Assembly (NCBI RefSeq): GCF_009914755.1
Contig: NC_060930.1
Origin: the human T2T-CHM13v2.0 reference genome, Homo sapiens
Strand: one strand, 5' to 3'
DNA length: 64,000 bases
In this document: piece after piece, positions 11,101 to 25,900 of the stretch
How positions within the stretch are numbered: the stretch's first letter is position 1
Layout of the letters: every line of letters starts with the position of its first letter
Translations under genes and position numbers: made by a program
The notes under the pieces: model-generated
What the model was told of the DNA's origin: nothing
The model's database searches: none
What the model saw: only the letters and a program-made list of their open reading frames with translations

Positions 11101-14100
11101 ATCGTTCTCAGAAAGTGCTTAGTGACGTGTGCGTTCAACTCACAGAGTTTAACGTTTCTTTTGATAGAGCGTTTCTGAAACACCCTTCTTGTAGTAGCTG
11201 CAAGTGGATATTTGGACCTATTGGAGGCCTTCTTTGGAAATGGGATTTCTTCATGTAACTCTAGATTGAAGAGTTCTCAGAAACTCCTTTGTGATGTGTG
11301 CATTCAATTCAAAGAGTGAAACCTCCCTTTTCACAGAGCAGTTTTGAAACACTGTTTTTGTAGGATTTCCAAGGGGATATTTATAGCGCATTGAGCCTAC
11401 GGCGGAAAAAGAAACATCTTCCTATAAAAACTAGACAGAATACTTCTCAGAATCTGCTTTGCGATGTGTGCGTTCAACTCACAGAGTAAAACTTTTCTTT
11501 TGATAGAGCAGTTTTGAAACACTCTTTTTGTAGTATTTGCATGTGTATATTTAGAGCGCATTGAAGCCCACAGTAGAAAAGGAAGTAACTTCACCTAAAA
11601 CCTAGACAGAAGCAATCACAGAAACTACTTTGTGATGTGTACATTCAACTCACAGAGTGGAACTTTCCTCTTTATAGAGCAGTGTTGAAACACTCTTTTT
11701 GTAGAAACTGCAAGTGGATATTTGGACCTCTTTGAGGCCTTCGTTGGAAACGGGATTTCTTCCTATAACCCTAGACAGAAGAATTTTCAGAAACCTCATT
11801 GTGATGTGTGCGTTCATCTCACAGAGTGGAGTCTTCCGTTTGATAGAGAAGTTTTGAAACCCTGTTCTTGTAGGATTTCCAAGTGGATATTTAGACCACT
11901 TTGAAGCCTATGATAGAAAAGGAAACATCTTCATGGAAAACATAGATAGAATCATCCTCAGAAACAACTTTGTGATGTGTGCGTTGAACTCACCGTCTTT
12001 AACCTTTCTTTTGGTAGAGAAGTTTTGAAACACTCTCTTTGTAAAGTCTACAAGTGGATATTTTGAGCCCTTGGAGGCATTCTTTGGAAAAGGGAATGTC
12101 TTCACATAAAAGGCAGACGGAAGTGTTCTCAGAAACTGCTTTGTGATGTCTGTGTTCAACTCACAGAGTTTAACATTTCCTTTGATAGAGCGGTTTAGTA
12201 ACCCTCTCTTTGTAGAATTTGGAAGTGTATACTAAGAGCGCTTTGAGGCCTATGGTAGAAAAGGAAATATCTTTCCATAAAAGCTAGACAGAAGCAATCT
12301 CAGAAACTCCTTTGCGATGTCTGCATTCAACTCACCGAGTGGAACATTCCTCTTGAGAGAGCAGTTTGGAAACACTCTTTCTGTAGAATCAGCTTGTTTG
12401 TATTTGGACCTCCTTGAGGCCTTCGTTGGAAACGGGTTTTCATCTTATAAACCCAGACAGAAGAATTCTCAGAGTCTTCTTTGTGATGTGTGCTTTCAAC
12501 TCACCGAGATAAAGATTTCTCTTGATAGAGCAATTTGGAAACACTCTTTTTGTAGAATTTGCAAGGGTACATTGAGAGCGCTTTCAGGCCTATGGTAGAA
12601 AAGGGAATATCTTTCCATAAAAGGTAGACAGAAGCAATCTCAGAAACTACTTTGTGATGTGTGCATTCAACTCACCGAGTGCAACGTTCCTCTTGACCGA
12701 GCAGTTTGGAAACATTGTTTCTGTAGAATCTGCAAGTGGATATTTGGACCTCTTTGAGGCCTTCGTTGGAAACGGGATTTCTTCCTATAAACCCAGACAG
12801 AAGAATTCTCAGAGACTTCTTTGTGATGTGTGAATTCAACTCACAGTGTGGATCCTTCCTTTTGATAGAGCAGTTTTGAAACCCTGTTTTTGTAGTATTT
12901 CCAAGCGGATATTTGGAACGCCTTGAAGCGTATGGTAGAAAAGGAAATATCTTCCCATAAAACCTAGACAGAACCAATCTCAGAAACGACTTTGTGATGT
13001 CTGCATTCAAGTCACAGAGTTGAACATTTCTCTTGATAGAGCAGTTTTGAAACCCTCTTTCTGAAGGATCTGCAAGTGGATATTTGGAACTCCTTTGGGT
13101 CTTCGTTGGAAACGGGATTTCTTCGTATAAATCTAGACAGAAGAATTCTCCGAAACTTCTTTGGTTGTGTGCATTCAAGTCACAGAGTGGAACCTTCCTT
13201 TGGATAGAGCAGTTTGAAACGCCGTGGTTGTAGTATTTCCAAGCGGATATTAGAGCGCCTTGAGGCCTATGGTAGAAAAGGAAATATCTTCCCATAAAAC
13301 CTAGACGGAAGCAATCTCAGAAACTACTGTGTGATGGCTGCATTCCACACACACGGTGGAACATTTCTCTTGATAGAGCAGTTTTGAAACACTCTTTCTG
13401 TAGAATCTGCAAGTGGATAATTGGACCGCCTTGAGGCCTTCGTTGGAAACGGGATTTCTTCATGTTACTCTAGATAGAAGAATTCTCAAACACTGCTATG
13501 TGATGTTTGCATTCAAGTCACAGAGTGCAACATTCCTCTTGGTAGAGCAGTTGGGAAACACTCCTTTTGTAGAATCTGCAATGGGATATTTGGACTTCTT
13601 TGAGGCCTTCGTTGGAAACGGGATTTCTTCGTATGAATCTAGACAGAAGAATTCTCAGAAACTTCCTTGTGATGTGTGCATTCAACTCAGCGAGTGGCAC
13701 CTTCCTTTGGATACAGCAGTTTTGAAACACTGTTTTTGTAGTATTTCCAAGCGGATATTTAGAGCGCCTTGAAGCCTATGCTAGAAATGGAAATATCTCC
13801 CCATAAAACCAAGACAGAAGCAATCTCAGAAACTAATGTGTGATGGCTGCATTCCACACACACGGTGGACCATTTCTCTTGATAGAGCAGTTTTGAAACA
13901 CTCTTTATGTAGAATCTGCAAGTGGATAATTGGACCTCCTAGAGGCCTTCGTTGGAAACGGGATTTCTTCATCTAAACCTACAGAGAAGAATTCTCAGTA
14001 ACTTCTTCGGATGTGTGCATTCGACGCACAGAATGGAACATTCCCTTTGATAGAGCAGTTTTGAGACACCGTTTTTGTAGAATTCCCAAGTGGATATTTA

Positions 14101-14273
14101 GAGCACTTTGAAGTCTCTGCTAGAAAAGGAAACATCTTCATGTAAAAAGTAGATAGAATCGTTCTCAGAAAGTGCTTAGTGACGTGTGCGTTCAACTCAC
14201 AGAGTTTAACGTTTCTTTTGATAGAGCGTTTCTGAAACACCCTTCTTGTAGTAGCTGCAAGTGGATATTTGGA
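8160..14273 (+). repeat. HOR units U4-U5, two 18-mers (boundary 11216/11217)
   Basis: Marker ORF 8340 -> 11397 -> 14454. Confidence 0.95.
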
Positions 14274-16824
14274 CCTATTGGAGGCCTTCTTTGGAAATGG
14301 GATTTCTTCATGTAACTCTAGATTGAAGAGTTCTCAGAAACTCCTTTGTGATGTGTGCATTCAATTCAAAGAGTGAAACCTCCCTTTTCACAGAGCAGTT
14401 TTGAAACACTGTTTTTGTAGGATTTCCAAGGGGATATTTATAGCGCATTGAGCCTATGGCGGAAAAAGAAACATCTTCCTATAAAAACTAGACAGAATAC
14501 TTCTCAGAATCTGCTTTGCGATGTGTGCGTTCAACTCACAGAGTAAAACTTTTCTTTTGATAGAGCAGTTTTGAAACACTCTTTTTGTAGTATTTGCATG
14601 TGTATATTTAGAGCGCATTGAAGCCCACAGTAGAAAAGGAAATAACTTCACCTAAAACCTAGACAGAAGCAATCTCAGAAACTACTTTGTGATGTGTACA
14701 TTCAACTCACAGAGTGGAACTTTCCTCTTTATAGAGCAGTGTTGAAACACTCTTTTTGTAGAAACTGCAAGTGGATATTTGGACCTCTTTGAGGCCTTCG
14801 TTGGAAACGGGATTTCTTCCTATAACCCTAGACAGAAGAATTTTCAGAAACCTCATTGTGATGTGTGCGTTCATCTCACAGAGTGGAGTCTTCCGTTTGA
14901 TAGAGAAGTTTTGAAACCCTGTTCTTGTAGGATTTCCAAGTGGATATTTAGACCACTTTGAAGCCTATGATAGAAAAGGAAACATCTTCATGGAAAACAT
15001 AGATAGAATCATCCTCAGAAACAACTTTGTGATGTGTGCGTTGAACTCACCGTCTTTAACCTTTCTTTTGGTAGAGAAGTTTTGAAACACTCTCTTTGTA
15101 AAGTCTACAAGTGGATATTTTGAGCCCTTGGAGGCATTCTTTGGAAAAGGGAATGTCTTCACATAAAAGGCAGACGGAAGTGTTCTCAGAAACTGCTTTG
15201 TGATGTCTGTGTTCAACTCACAGAGTTTAACATTTCCTTTGATAGAGCGGTTTAGTAACCCTCTCTTTGTAGAATTTGGAAGTGTATACTAAGAGCGCTT
15301 TGAGGCCTATGGTAGAAAAGGAAATATCTTTCCATAAAAGCTAGACAGAAGCAATCTCAGAAACTCCTCTGTGATGTCTGCATTCAACTCACCGAGTGGA
15401 ACATTCCTCTTGAGAGAGCAGTTTGGAAACACTCTTTCTGTAGAATCAGCTTGTTTGTATTTGGACCTCCTTGAGGCCTTCGTTGGAAACGGGTTTTCAT
15501 CTTATAAACCCAGACAGAAGAATTCTCAGAGTCTTCTTTGTGATGTGTGCTTTCAACTCACCGAGATAAAGATTTCTCTTGATAGAGCAATTTGGAAACA
15601 CTCTTTTTGTAGAATTTGCAAGGGTACATTGAGAGCGCTTTCAGGCCTATGGTAGAAAAGGGAATATCTTTCCATAAAAGGTAGACAGAAGCAATCTCAG
15701 AAACTACTTTGTGATGTGTGCATTCAACTCACCGAGTGCAACGTTCCTCTTGACCGAGCAGTTTGGAAACATTGTTTCTGTAGAATCTGCAAGTGGATAT
15801 TTGGACCTCTTTGAGGCCTTCGTTGGAAACGGGATTTCTTCCTATAAACCCAGACAGAAGAATTCTCAGAGACTTCTTTGTGATGTGTGAATTCAACTCA
15901 CAGTGTGGATCCTTCCTTTTGATAGAGCAGTTTTGAAACCCTGTTTTTGTAGTATTTCCAAGCGGATATTTGGAACGCCTTGAAGCGTATGGTAGAAAAG
16001 GAAATATCTTCCCATAAAACCTAGACAGAACCAATCTCAGAAACGACTTTGTGATGTCTGCATTCAAGTCACAGAGTTGAACATTTCTCTTGATAGAGCA
16101 GTTTTGAAACCCTCTTTCTGAAGGATCTGCAAGTGGATATTTGGAACTCCTTTGGGTCTTCGTTGGAAACGGGATTTCTTCGTATAAATCTAGACAGAAG
16201 AATTCTCAGAAACTTCCTTGTGATGTGTGCATTCAACTCAGCGAGTGGCACCTTCCTTTGGATACAGCAGTTTTGAAACACTGTTTTTGTAGTATTTCCA
16301 AGCGGATATTTAGAGCGCCTTGAAGCCTATGCTAGAAATGGAAATATCTCCCCATAAAACCAAGACGGAAGCAATCTCAGAAACTAATGTGTGATGGCTG
16401 CATTCCACACACACGGTGGACCATTTCTCTTGATAGAGCAGTTTTGAAACACTCTTTCTGTAGAATCTGCAAGTGGATAATTGGACCTCCTAGAGGCCTT
16501 CGTTGGAAACGGGATTTCTTCATCTAAACCTACAGAGAAGTATTCTCAGTAACTTCTTCGGATGTGTGCATTCGACGCACAGAATGGAACATTCCCTTTG
16601 ATAGAGCAGTTTTGAGACACCGTTTTTGTAGAATTCCCAAGTGGATATTTAGAGCACTTTGAAGTCTCTGCTAGAAAAGGAAACATCTTCATGTAAAAAG
16701 TAGATAGAATCGTTCTCAGAAAGTGCTTAGTGTCGTGTGCGTTCAACTCACAGAGTTTAACGTTTCTTTTGATAGAGCGTTTCTGAAACACCCTTCTTGT
16801 AGTAGCTGCAAGTGGATATTTGGA
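14274..16824 (+). repeat. HOR unit U6, 15-mer
   Basis: Marker ORF 14454 -> 17005. Confidence 0.95.
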
Positions 16825-19800
16825 CCTATTGGAGGCCTTCTTTGGAAATGGGATTTCTTCATGTAACTCTAGATTGAAGAATTCTCAGAAACTCCTTTGT
16901 GATGTGTGCATTCAATTCAAAGAGTGAAACCTCTCTTTTCACAGAGCAGTTTTGAAACACTGTTTTTGTAGGATTTCCAAGGGGATATTTATAGCGCATT
17001 GAGCCTACGGCGGAAAAAGAAACATCTTCCTATAAAAACTAGACAGAATACTTCTCAGAATCTGCTTTGCAATGTGTGCGTTCAACTCACAGAGTAAAAC
17101 TTTTCTTTTGATAGAGCAGTTTTGAAACACTCTTTTTGTAGTATTTGCATGTGTATATTTAGAGCGCATTGAAGCCCACAGTAGAAAAGGAAATAACTTC
17201 ACCTAAAACCTAGACAGAAGCAATCTCAGAAACTACTTTGTGATGTGTACATTCAACTCACAGAGTGGAACTTTCCTCTTTATAGAGCAGTGTTGAAACA
17301 CTCTTTTTGTAGAAACTGCAAGTGGATATTTGGACCTCTTTGAGGCCTTCGTTGGAAACGGGATTTCTTCCTATAACCCTAGACAGAAGAATTTTCAGAA
17401 ACCTCATTGTGATGTGTGCGTTCATCTCACAGAGTGGAGTCTTCCGTTTGATAGAGAAGTTTTGAAACCCTGTTCTTGTAGGATTTCCAAGTGGATATTT
17501 AGACCACTTTGAAGCCTATGATAGAAAAGGAAACATCTTCATGGAAAACATAGATAGAATCATCCTCAGAAACAACTTTGTGATGTGTGCGTTGAACTCA
17601 CCGTCTTTAACCTTTCTTTTGGTAGAGAAGTTTTGAAACACTCTCTTTGTAAAGTCTACAAGTGGATATTTTGAGCCCTTGGAGGCATTCTTTGGAAAAG
17701 GGAATGTCTTCACATAAAAGGCAGACGGAAGTGTTCTCAGAAACTGCTTTGTGATGTCTGTGTTCAACTCACAGAGTTTAACATTTCCTTTGATAGAGCG
17801 GTTTAGTAACCCTCTCTTTGTAGAATTTGGAAGTGTATACTAAGAGCGCTTTGAGGCCTATGGTAGAAAAGGAAATATCTTTCCATAAAAGCTAGACAGA
17901 AGCAATCTCAGAAACTCCTCTGTGATGTCTGCATTCAACTCACCGAGTGGAACATTCCTCTTGAGAGAGCAGTTTGGAAACACTCTTTCTGTAGAATCAG
18001 CTTGTTTGTATTTGGACCTCCTTGAGGCCTTCGTTGGAAACGGGTTTTCATCTTATAAACCCAGACAGAAGAATTCTCAGAGTCTTCTTTGTGATGTGTG
18101 CTTTCAACTCACCGAGATAAAGATTTCTCTTGATAGAGCAATTTGGAAACACTCTTTTTGTAGAATTTGCAAGGGTACATTGAGAGCGCTTTCAGGCCTA
18201 TGGTAGAAAAGGGAATATCTTTCCATAAAAGGTAGACAGAAGCAATCTCAGAAACTACTTTGTGATGTGTGCATTCAACTCACCGAGTGCAACGTTCCTC
18301 TTGACCGAGCAGTTTGGAAACATTGTTTCTGTAGAATCTGCAAGTGGATATTTGGACCTCTTTGAGGCCTTCGTTGGAAACGGGATTTCTTCCTATAAAC
18401 CCAGACAGAAGAATTCTCAGAGACTTCTTTGTGATGTGTGAATTCAACTCACAGTGTGGATCCTTCCTTTTGATAGAGCAGTTTTGAAACCCTGTTTTTG
18501 TAGTATTTCCAAGCGGATATTCGGAACGCCTTGAAGCGTATGGTAGAAAAGGAAATATCTTCCCATAAAACCTAGACAGAACCAATCTCAGAAACGACTT
18601 TGTGATGTCTGCATTCAAGTCACAGAGTTGAACATTTCTCTTGATAGAGCAGTTTTGAAACCCTCTTTCTGAAGGATCTGCAAGTGGATATTTGGAACTC
18701 CTTTGGGTCTTCGTTGGAAACGGGATTTCTTCGTATAAATCTAGACAGAAGAATTCTCAGAAACTTCTTTGGTTGTGTGCATTCAAGTCACAGAGTGGAA
18801 CCTTCCTTTGGATAGAGCAGTTTGAAACGCCGTGGTTGTAGTATTTCCAAGCGGATATTAGAGCGCCTTGAGGCCTATGGTAGAAAAGGAAATATCTTCC
18901 CATAAAACCTAGACGGAAGCAATCTCAGAAACTACTGTGTGATGGCTGCATTCCACACACACGGTGGAACATTTCTCTTGATAGAGCAGTTTTGAAACAC
19001 TCTTTCTGTAGAATCTGCAAGTGGATAATTGGACCGCCTTGAGGCCTTCGTTGGAAACGGGATTTCTTCATGTTACTCTAGATAGAAGAATTCTCAAACA
19101 CTGCTATGTGATGTTTGCATTCAAGTCACAGAGTGCAACATTCCTCTTGGTAGAGCAGTTGGGAAACACTCCTTTTGTAGAATCTGCAATGGGATATTTG
19201 GACTTCTTTGAGGCCTTCGTTGGAAACGGGATTTCTTCGTATGAATCTAGACAGAAGAATTCTCAGAAACTTCCTTGTGATGTGTGCATTCAACTCAGCG
19301 AGTGGCACCTTCCTTTGGATACAGCAGTTTTGAAACACTGTTTTTGTAGTATTTCCAAGCGGATATTTAGAGCGCCTTGAAGCCTATGCTAGAAATGGAA
19401 ATATCTCCCCATAAAACCAAGACAGAAGCAATCTCAGAAACTAATGTGTGATGGCTGCATTCCACACACACGGTGGACCATTTCTCTTGATAGAGCAGTT
19501 TTGAAACACTCTTTATGTAGAATCTGCAAGTGGATAATTGGACCTCCTAGAGGCCTTCGTTGGAAACGGGATTTCTTCATCTAAACCTACAGAGAAGAAT
19601 TCTCAGTAACTTCTTCGGATGTGTGCATTCGACGCACAGAATGGAACATTCCCTTTGATAGAGCAGTTTTGAGACACCGTTTTTGTAGAATTCCCAAGTG
19701 GATATTTAGAGCACTTTGAAGTCTCTGCTAGAAAAGGAAACATCTTCATGTAAAAAGTAGATAGAATCGTTCTCAGAAAGTGCTTAGTGACGTGTGCGTT

Positions 19801-22800
19801 CAACTCACAGAGTTTAACGTTTCTTTTGATAGAGCGTTTCTGAAACACCCTTCTTGTAGTAGCTGCAAGTGGATATTTGGACCTATTGGAGGCCTTCTTT
19901 GGAAACGGGATTTCTTCATGTAACTCTAGATTGAAGAATTCTCAGAAACTCCTTTGTGATGTGTGCATTCAATTCAAAGAGTGAAACCTCCCTTTTCACA
20001 GAGCAGTTTTGAAACACTGTTTTTGTAGGATTTCCAAGGGGATATTTATAGCGCATTGAGCCTACGGCGGAAAAAGAAACATCTTCCTATAAAAACCAGA
20101 CAGAATACTTCTCAGAATCTGCTTTGCGATGTGTGCGTTCAACTCACAGAGTAAAACTTTTCTTTTGATAGAGCAGTTTTGAAACACTCTTTTTGTAGTA
20201 TTTGCATGTGTATATTTAGAGCGCATTGAAGCCCACAGTAGAAAAGGAAATAACTTCACCTAAAACCTAGACAGAAGCAATCTCAGAAACTACTTTGTGA
20301 TGTGTACATTCAACTCACAGAGTGGAACTTTCCTCTTTATAGAGCAGTGTTGAAACACTCTTTTTGTAGAAACTGCAAGTGGATATTTGGACCTCTTTGA
20401 GGCCTTCGTTGGAAACGGGATTTCTTCCTATAACCCTAGACAGAAGAATTTTCAGAAACCTCATTGTGATGTGTGCGTTCATCTCACAGAGTGGAGTCTT
20501 CCGTTTGATAGAGAAGTTTTGAAACCCTGTTCTTGTAGGATTTCCAAGTGGATATTTAGACCACTTTGAAGCCTATGATAGAAAAGGAAACATCTTCATG
20601 GAAAACATAGATAGAATCATTCTCAGAAACAACTTTGTGATGTGTGCGTTGAACTCACCGTCTTTAACCTTTCTTTTGGTAGAGAAGTTTTGAAACACTC
20701 TCTTTGTAAAGTCTACAAGTGGATATTTTGAGCCCTTGGAGGCATTCTTTGGAAAAGGGAATGTCTTCACATAAAAGGCAGACGGAAGTGTTCTCAGAAA
20801 CTGCTTTGTGATGTCTGTGTTCAACTCACAGAGTTTAACATTTCCTTTGATAGAGCGGTTTAGTAACCCTCTCTTTGTAGAATTTGGAAGTGTATACTAA
20901 GAGCGCTTTGAGGCCTATGGTAGAAAAGGAAATATCTTTCCATAAAAGCTAGACAGAAGCAATCTCAGAAACTCCTCTGTGATGTCTGCATTCAACTCAC
21001 CGAGTGGAACATTCCTCTTGAGAGAGCAGTTTGGAAACACTCTTTCTGTAGAATCAGCTTGTTTGTATTTGGACCTCCTTGAGGCCTTCGTTGGAAACGG
21101 GTTTTCATCTTATAAACCCAGACAGAAGAATTCTCAGAGTCTTCTTTGTGATGTGTGCTTTCAACTCACCGAGATAAAGATTTCTCTTGATAGAGCAATT
21201 TGGAAACACTCTTTTTGTAGAATTTGCAAGGGTACATTGAGAGCGCTTTCAGGCCTATGGTAGAAAAGGGAATATCTTTCCATAAAAGGTAGACAGAAGC
21301 AATCTCAGAAACTACTTTGTGATGTGTGCATTCAACTCACCGAGTGCAACGTTCCTCTTGACCGAGCAGTTTGGAAACATTGTTTCTGTAGAATCTGCAA
21401 GTGGATATTTGGACCTCTTTGAGGCCTTCGTTGGAAACGGGATTTCTTCCTATAAACCCAGACAGAAGAATTCTCAGAGACTTCTTTGTGATGTGTGAAT
21501 TCAACTCACAGTGTGGATCCTTCCTTTTGATAGAGCAGTTTTGAAACCCTGTTTTTGTAGTATTTCCAAGCGGATATTTGGAACGCCTTGAAGCGTATGG
21601 TAGAAAAGGAAATATCTTCCCATAAAACCTAGACAGAACCAATCTCAGAAACGACTTTGTGATGTCTGCATTCAAGTCACAGAGTTGAACATTTCTCTTG
21701 ATAGAGCAGTTTTGAAACCCTCTTTCTGAAGGATCTGCAAGTGGATATTTGGAACTCCTTTGGGTCTTCGTTGGAAACGGGATTTCTTCGTATAAATCTA
21801 GACAGAAGAATTCTCCGAAACTTCTTTGGTTGTGTGCATTCAAGTCACAGAGTGGAACCTTCCTTTGGATAGAGCAGTTTGAAACGCCGTGGTTGTAGTA
21901 TTTCCAAGCGGATATTAGAGCGCCTTGAGGCCTATGGTAGAAAAGGAAATATCTTCCCATAAAACCTAGACGGAAGCAATCTCAGAAACTACTGTGTGAT
22001 GGCTGCATTCCACACACACGGTGGAACATTTCTCTTGATAGAGCAGTTTTGAAACACTCTTTCTGTAGAATCTGCAAGTGGATAATTGGACCGCCTTGAG
22101 GCCTTCGTTGGAAACGGGATTTCTTCATGTTACTCTAGATAGAAGAATTCTCAAACACTGCTATGTGATGTTTGCATTCAAGTCACAGAGTGCAACATTC
22201 CTCTTGGTAGAGCAGTTGGGAAACACTCCTTTTGTAGAATCTGCAATGGGATATTTGGACTTCTTTGAGGCCTTCGTTGGAAACGGGATTTCTTCGTATG
22301 AATCTAGACAGAAGAATTCTCAGAAACTTCCTTGTGATGTGTGCATTCAACTCAGCGAGTGGCACCTTCCTTTGGATACAGCAGTTTTGAAACACTGTTT
22401 TTGTAGTATTTCCAAGCGGATATTTAGAGCGCCTTGAAGCCTATGCTAGAAATGGAAATATCTCCCCATAAAACCAAGACAGAAGCAATCTCAGAAACTA
22501 ATGTGTGATGGCTGCATTCCACACACACGGTGGACCATTTCTCTTGATAGAGCAGTTTTGAAACACTCTTTCTGTAGAATCTGCAAGTGGATAATTGGAC
22601 CTCCTAGAGGCCTTCGTTGGAAACGGGATTTCTTCATCTAAACCTACAGAGAAGAATTCTCAGTAACTTCTTCGGATGTGTGCATTCGACTCACAGAATG
22701 GAACATTCCCTTTGATAGAGCAGTTTTGAGACACCGTTTTTGTAGAATTCCCAAGTGGATATTTAGAGCACTTTGAAGTCTCTGCTAGAAAAGGAAACAT

Positions 22801-22938
22801 CTTCATGTAAAAAGTAGATAGAATCGTTCTCAGAAAGTGCTTAGTGACGTGTGCGTTCAACTCACAGAGTTTAACGTTTCTTTTGATAGAGCGTTTCTGA
22901 AACACCCTTCTTGTAGTAGCTGCAAGTGGATATTTGGA
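16825..22938 (+). repeat. HOR units U7-U8, two 18-mers (boundary 19881/19882)
   Basis: Marker ORF 17005 -> 20062 -> 23119. Confidence 0.95.
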
Positions 22939-25900
22939 CCTATTGGAGGCCTTCTTTGGAAATGGGATTTCTTCATGTAACTCTAGATTGAAGAGTTCTC
23001 AGAAACTCCTTTGTGATGTGTGCATTCAATTCAAAGAGTGAAACCTCCCTTTTCACAGAGCAGTTTTGAAACACTGTTTTTGTAGGATTTCCAAGGGGAT
23101 ATTTATAGCGCATTGAGCCTACGGCGGAAAAAGAAACATCTTCCTATAAAAACTAGACAGAATACTTCTCAGAATCTGCTTTGCGATGTGTGCGTTCAAC
23201 TCACAGAGTAAAACTTTTCTTTTGATAGAGCAGTTTTGAAACACTCTTTTTGTAGTATTTGCATGTGTATATTTAGAGCGCATTGAAGCCCACAGTAGAA
23301 AAGGAAATAACTTCACCTAAAACCTAGACAGAAGCAATCACAGAAACTACTTTGTGATGTGTACATTCAACTCACAGAGTGGAACTTTCCTCTTTATAGA
23401 GCAGTGTTGAAACACTCTTTTTGTAGAAACTGCAAGTGGATATTTGGACCTCTTTGAGGCCTTCGTTGGAAACGGGATTTCTTCCTATAACCCTAGACAG
23501 AAGAATTTTCAGAAACCTCATTGTGATGTGTGCGTTCATCTCACAGAGTGGAGTCTTCCGTTTGATAGAGAAGTTTTGAAACCCTGTTCTTGTAGGATTT
23601 CCAAGTGGATATTTAGACCACTTTGAAGCCTATGATAGAAAAGGAAACATCTTCATGGAAAACATAGATAGAATCATCCTCAGAAACAACTTTGTGATGT
23701 GTGCGTTGAACTCACCGTCTTTAACCTTTCTTTTGGTAGAGAAGTTTTGAAACACTCTCTTTGTAAAGTCTACAAGTGGATATTTTGAGCCCTTGGAGGC
23801 ATTCTTTGGAAAAGGGAATGTCTTCACATAAAAGGCAGACGGAAGTGTTCTCAGAAACTGCTTTGTGATGTCTGTGTTCAACTCACAGAGTTTAACATTT
23901 CCTTTGATAGAGCGGTTTAGTAACCCTCTCTTTGTAGAATTTGGAAGTGTATACTAAGAGCGCTTTGAGGCCTATGGTAGAAAAGGAAATATCTTTCCAT
24001 AAAAGCTAGACAGAAGCAATCTCAGAAACTCCTCTGTGATGTCAGCATTCAACTCACCGAGTGGAACATTCCTCTTGAGAGAGCAGTTTGGAAACACTCT
24101 TTCTGTAGAATCAGCTTGTTTGTATTTGGACCTCCTTGAGGCCTTCGTTGGAAACGGGTTTTCATCTTATAAACCCAGACAGAAGAATTCTCAGAGTCTT
24201 CTTTGTGATGTGTGCTTTCAACTCACCGAGATAAAGATTTCTCTTGATAGAGCAATTTGGAAACACTCTTTTTGTAGAATTTGCAAGGGTACATTGAGAG
24301 CGTTTTCAGGCCTATGGTAGAAAAGGGAATATCTTTCCATAAAAGGTAGACAGAAGCAATCTCAGAAACTACTTTGTGATGTGTGCATTCAACTCACCGA
24401 GTGCAACGTTCCTCTTGACCGAGCAGTTTGGAAACATTGTTTCTGTAGAATCTGCAAGTGGATATTTGGACCTCTTTGAGGCCTTCGTTGGAAACGGGAT
24501 TTCTTCCTATAAACCCAGACAGAAGAATTCTCAGAGACTTCTTTGTGATGTGTGAATTCAACTCACAGTGTGGATCCTTCCTTTTGATAGAGCAGTTTTG
24601 AAACCCTGTTTTTGTAGTATTTCCAAGCGGATATTTGGAACGCCTTGAAGCGTATGGTAGAAAAGGAAATATCTTCCCATAAAACCTAGACAGAACCAAT
24701 CTCAGAAACGACTTTGTGATGTCTGCATTCAAGTCACAGAGTTGAACATTTCTCTTGATAGAGCAGTTTTGAAACCCTCTTTCTGAAGGATCTGCAAGTG
24801 GATATTTGGAACTCCTTTGGGTCTTCGTTGGAAACGGGATTTCTTCGTATAAATCTAGACAGAAGAATTCTCAGAAACTTCCTTGTGATGTGTGCATTCA
24901 ACTCAGCGAGTGGCACCTTCCTTTGGATACAGCAGTTTTGAAACACTGTTTTTGTAGTATTTCCAAGCGGATATTTAGAGCGCCTTGAAGCCTATGCTAG
25001 AAATGGAAATATCTCCCCATAAAACCAAGACGGAAGCAATCTCAGAAACTAATGTGTGATGGCTGCATTCCACACACACGGTGGACCATTTCTCTTGATA
25101 GAGCAGTTTTGAAACACTCTTTCTGTAGAATCTGCAAGTGGATAATTGGACCTCCGAGAGGCCTTCGTTGGAAACGGGATTTCTTCATCTAAACCTACAG
25201 AGAAGTATTCTCAGTAACTTCTTCGGATGTGTGCATTCGACGCACAGAATGGAACATTCCCTTTGATAGAGCAGTTTTGAGACACCGTTTTTGTAGAATT
25301 CCCAAGTGGATATTTAGAGCACTTTGAAGTCTCTGCTAGAAAAGGAAACATCTTCATGTAAAAAGTAGATAGAATCGTTCTCAGAAAGTGCTTAGTGTCG
25401 TGTGCGTTCAACTCACAGAGTTTAACGTTTCTTTTGATAGAGCGTTTCTGAAACACCCTTCTTGTAGTAGCTGCAAGTGGATATTTGGACCTATTGGAGG
25501 CCTTCTTTGGAAATGGGATTTCTTCATGTAACTCTAGGTTGAAGAATTCTCAGAAACTCCTTTGTGATGTGTGCATTCAATTCAAAGAGTGAAACCTCTC
25601 TTTTCACAGAGCAGTTTTGAAACACTGTTTTTGTAGGATTTCCAAGGGGATATTTATAGCGCATTGAGCCTACGGCGGAAAAAGAAACATCTTCCTATAA
25701 AAACTAGACAGAATACTTCTCAGAATCTGCTTTGCGATGTGTGCGTTCAACTCACAGAGTAAAACTTTTCTTTTGATAGAGCAGTTTTGAAACACTCTTT
25801 TTGTAGTATTTGCATGTGTATATTTAGAGCGCATTGAAGCCCACAGTAGAAAAGGAAATAACTTCACCTAAAACCTAGACAGAAGCAATCACAGAAACTA

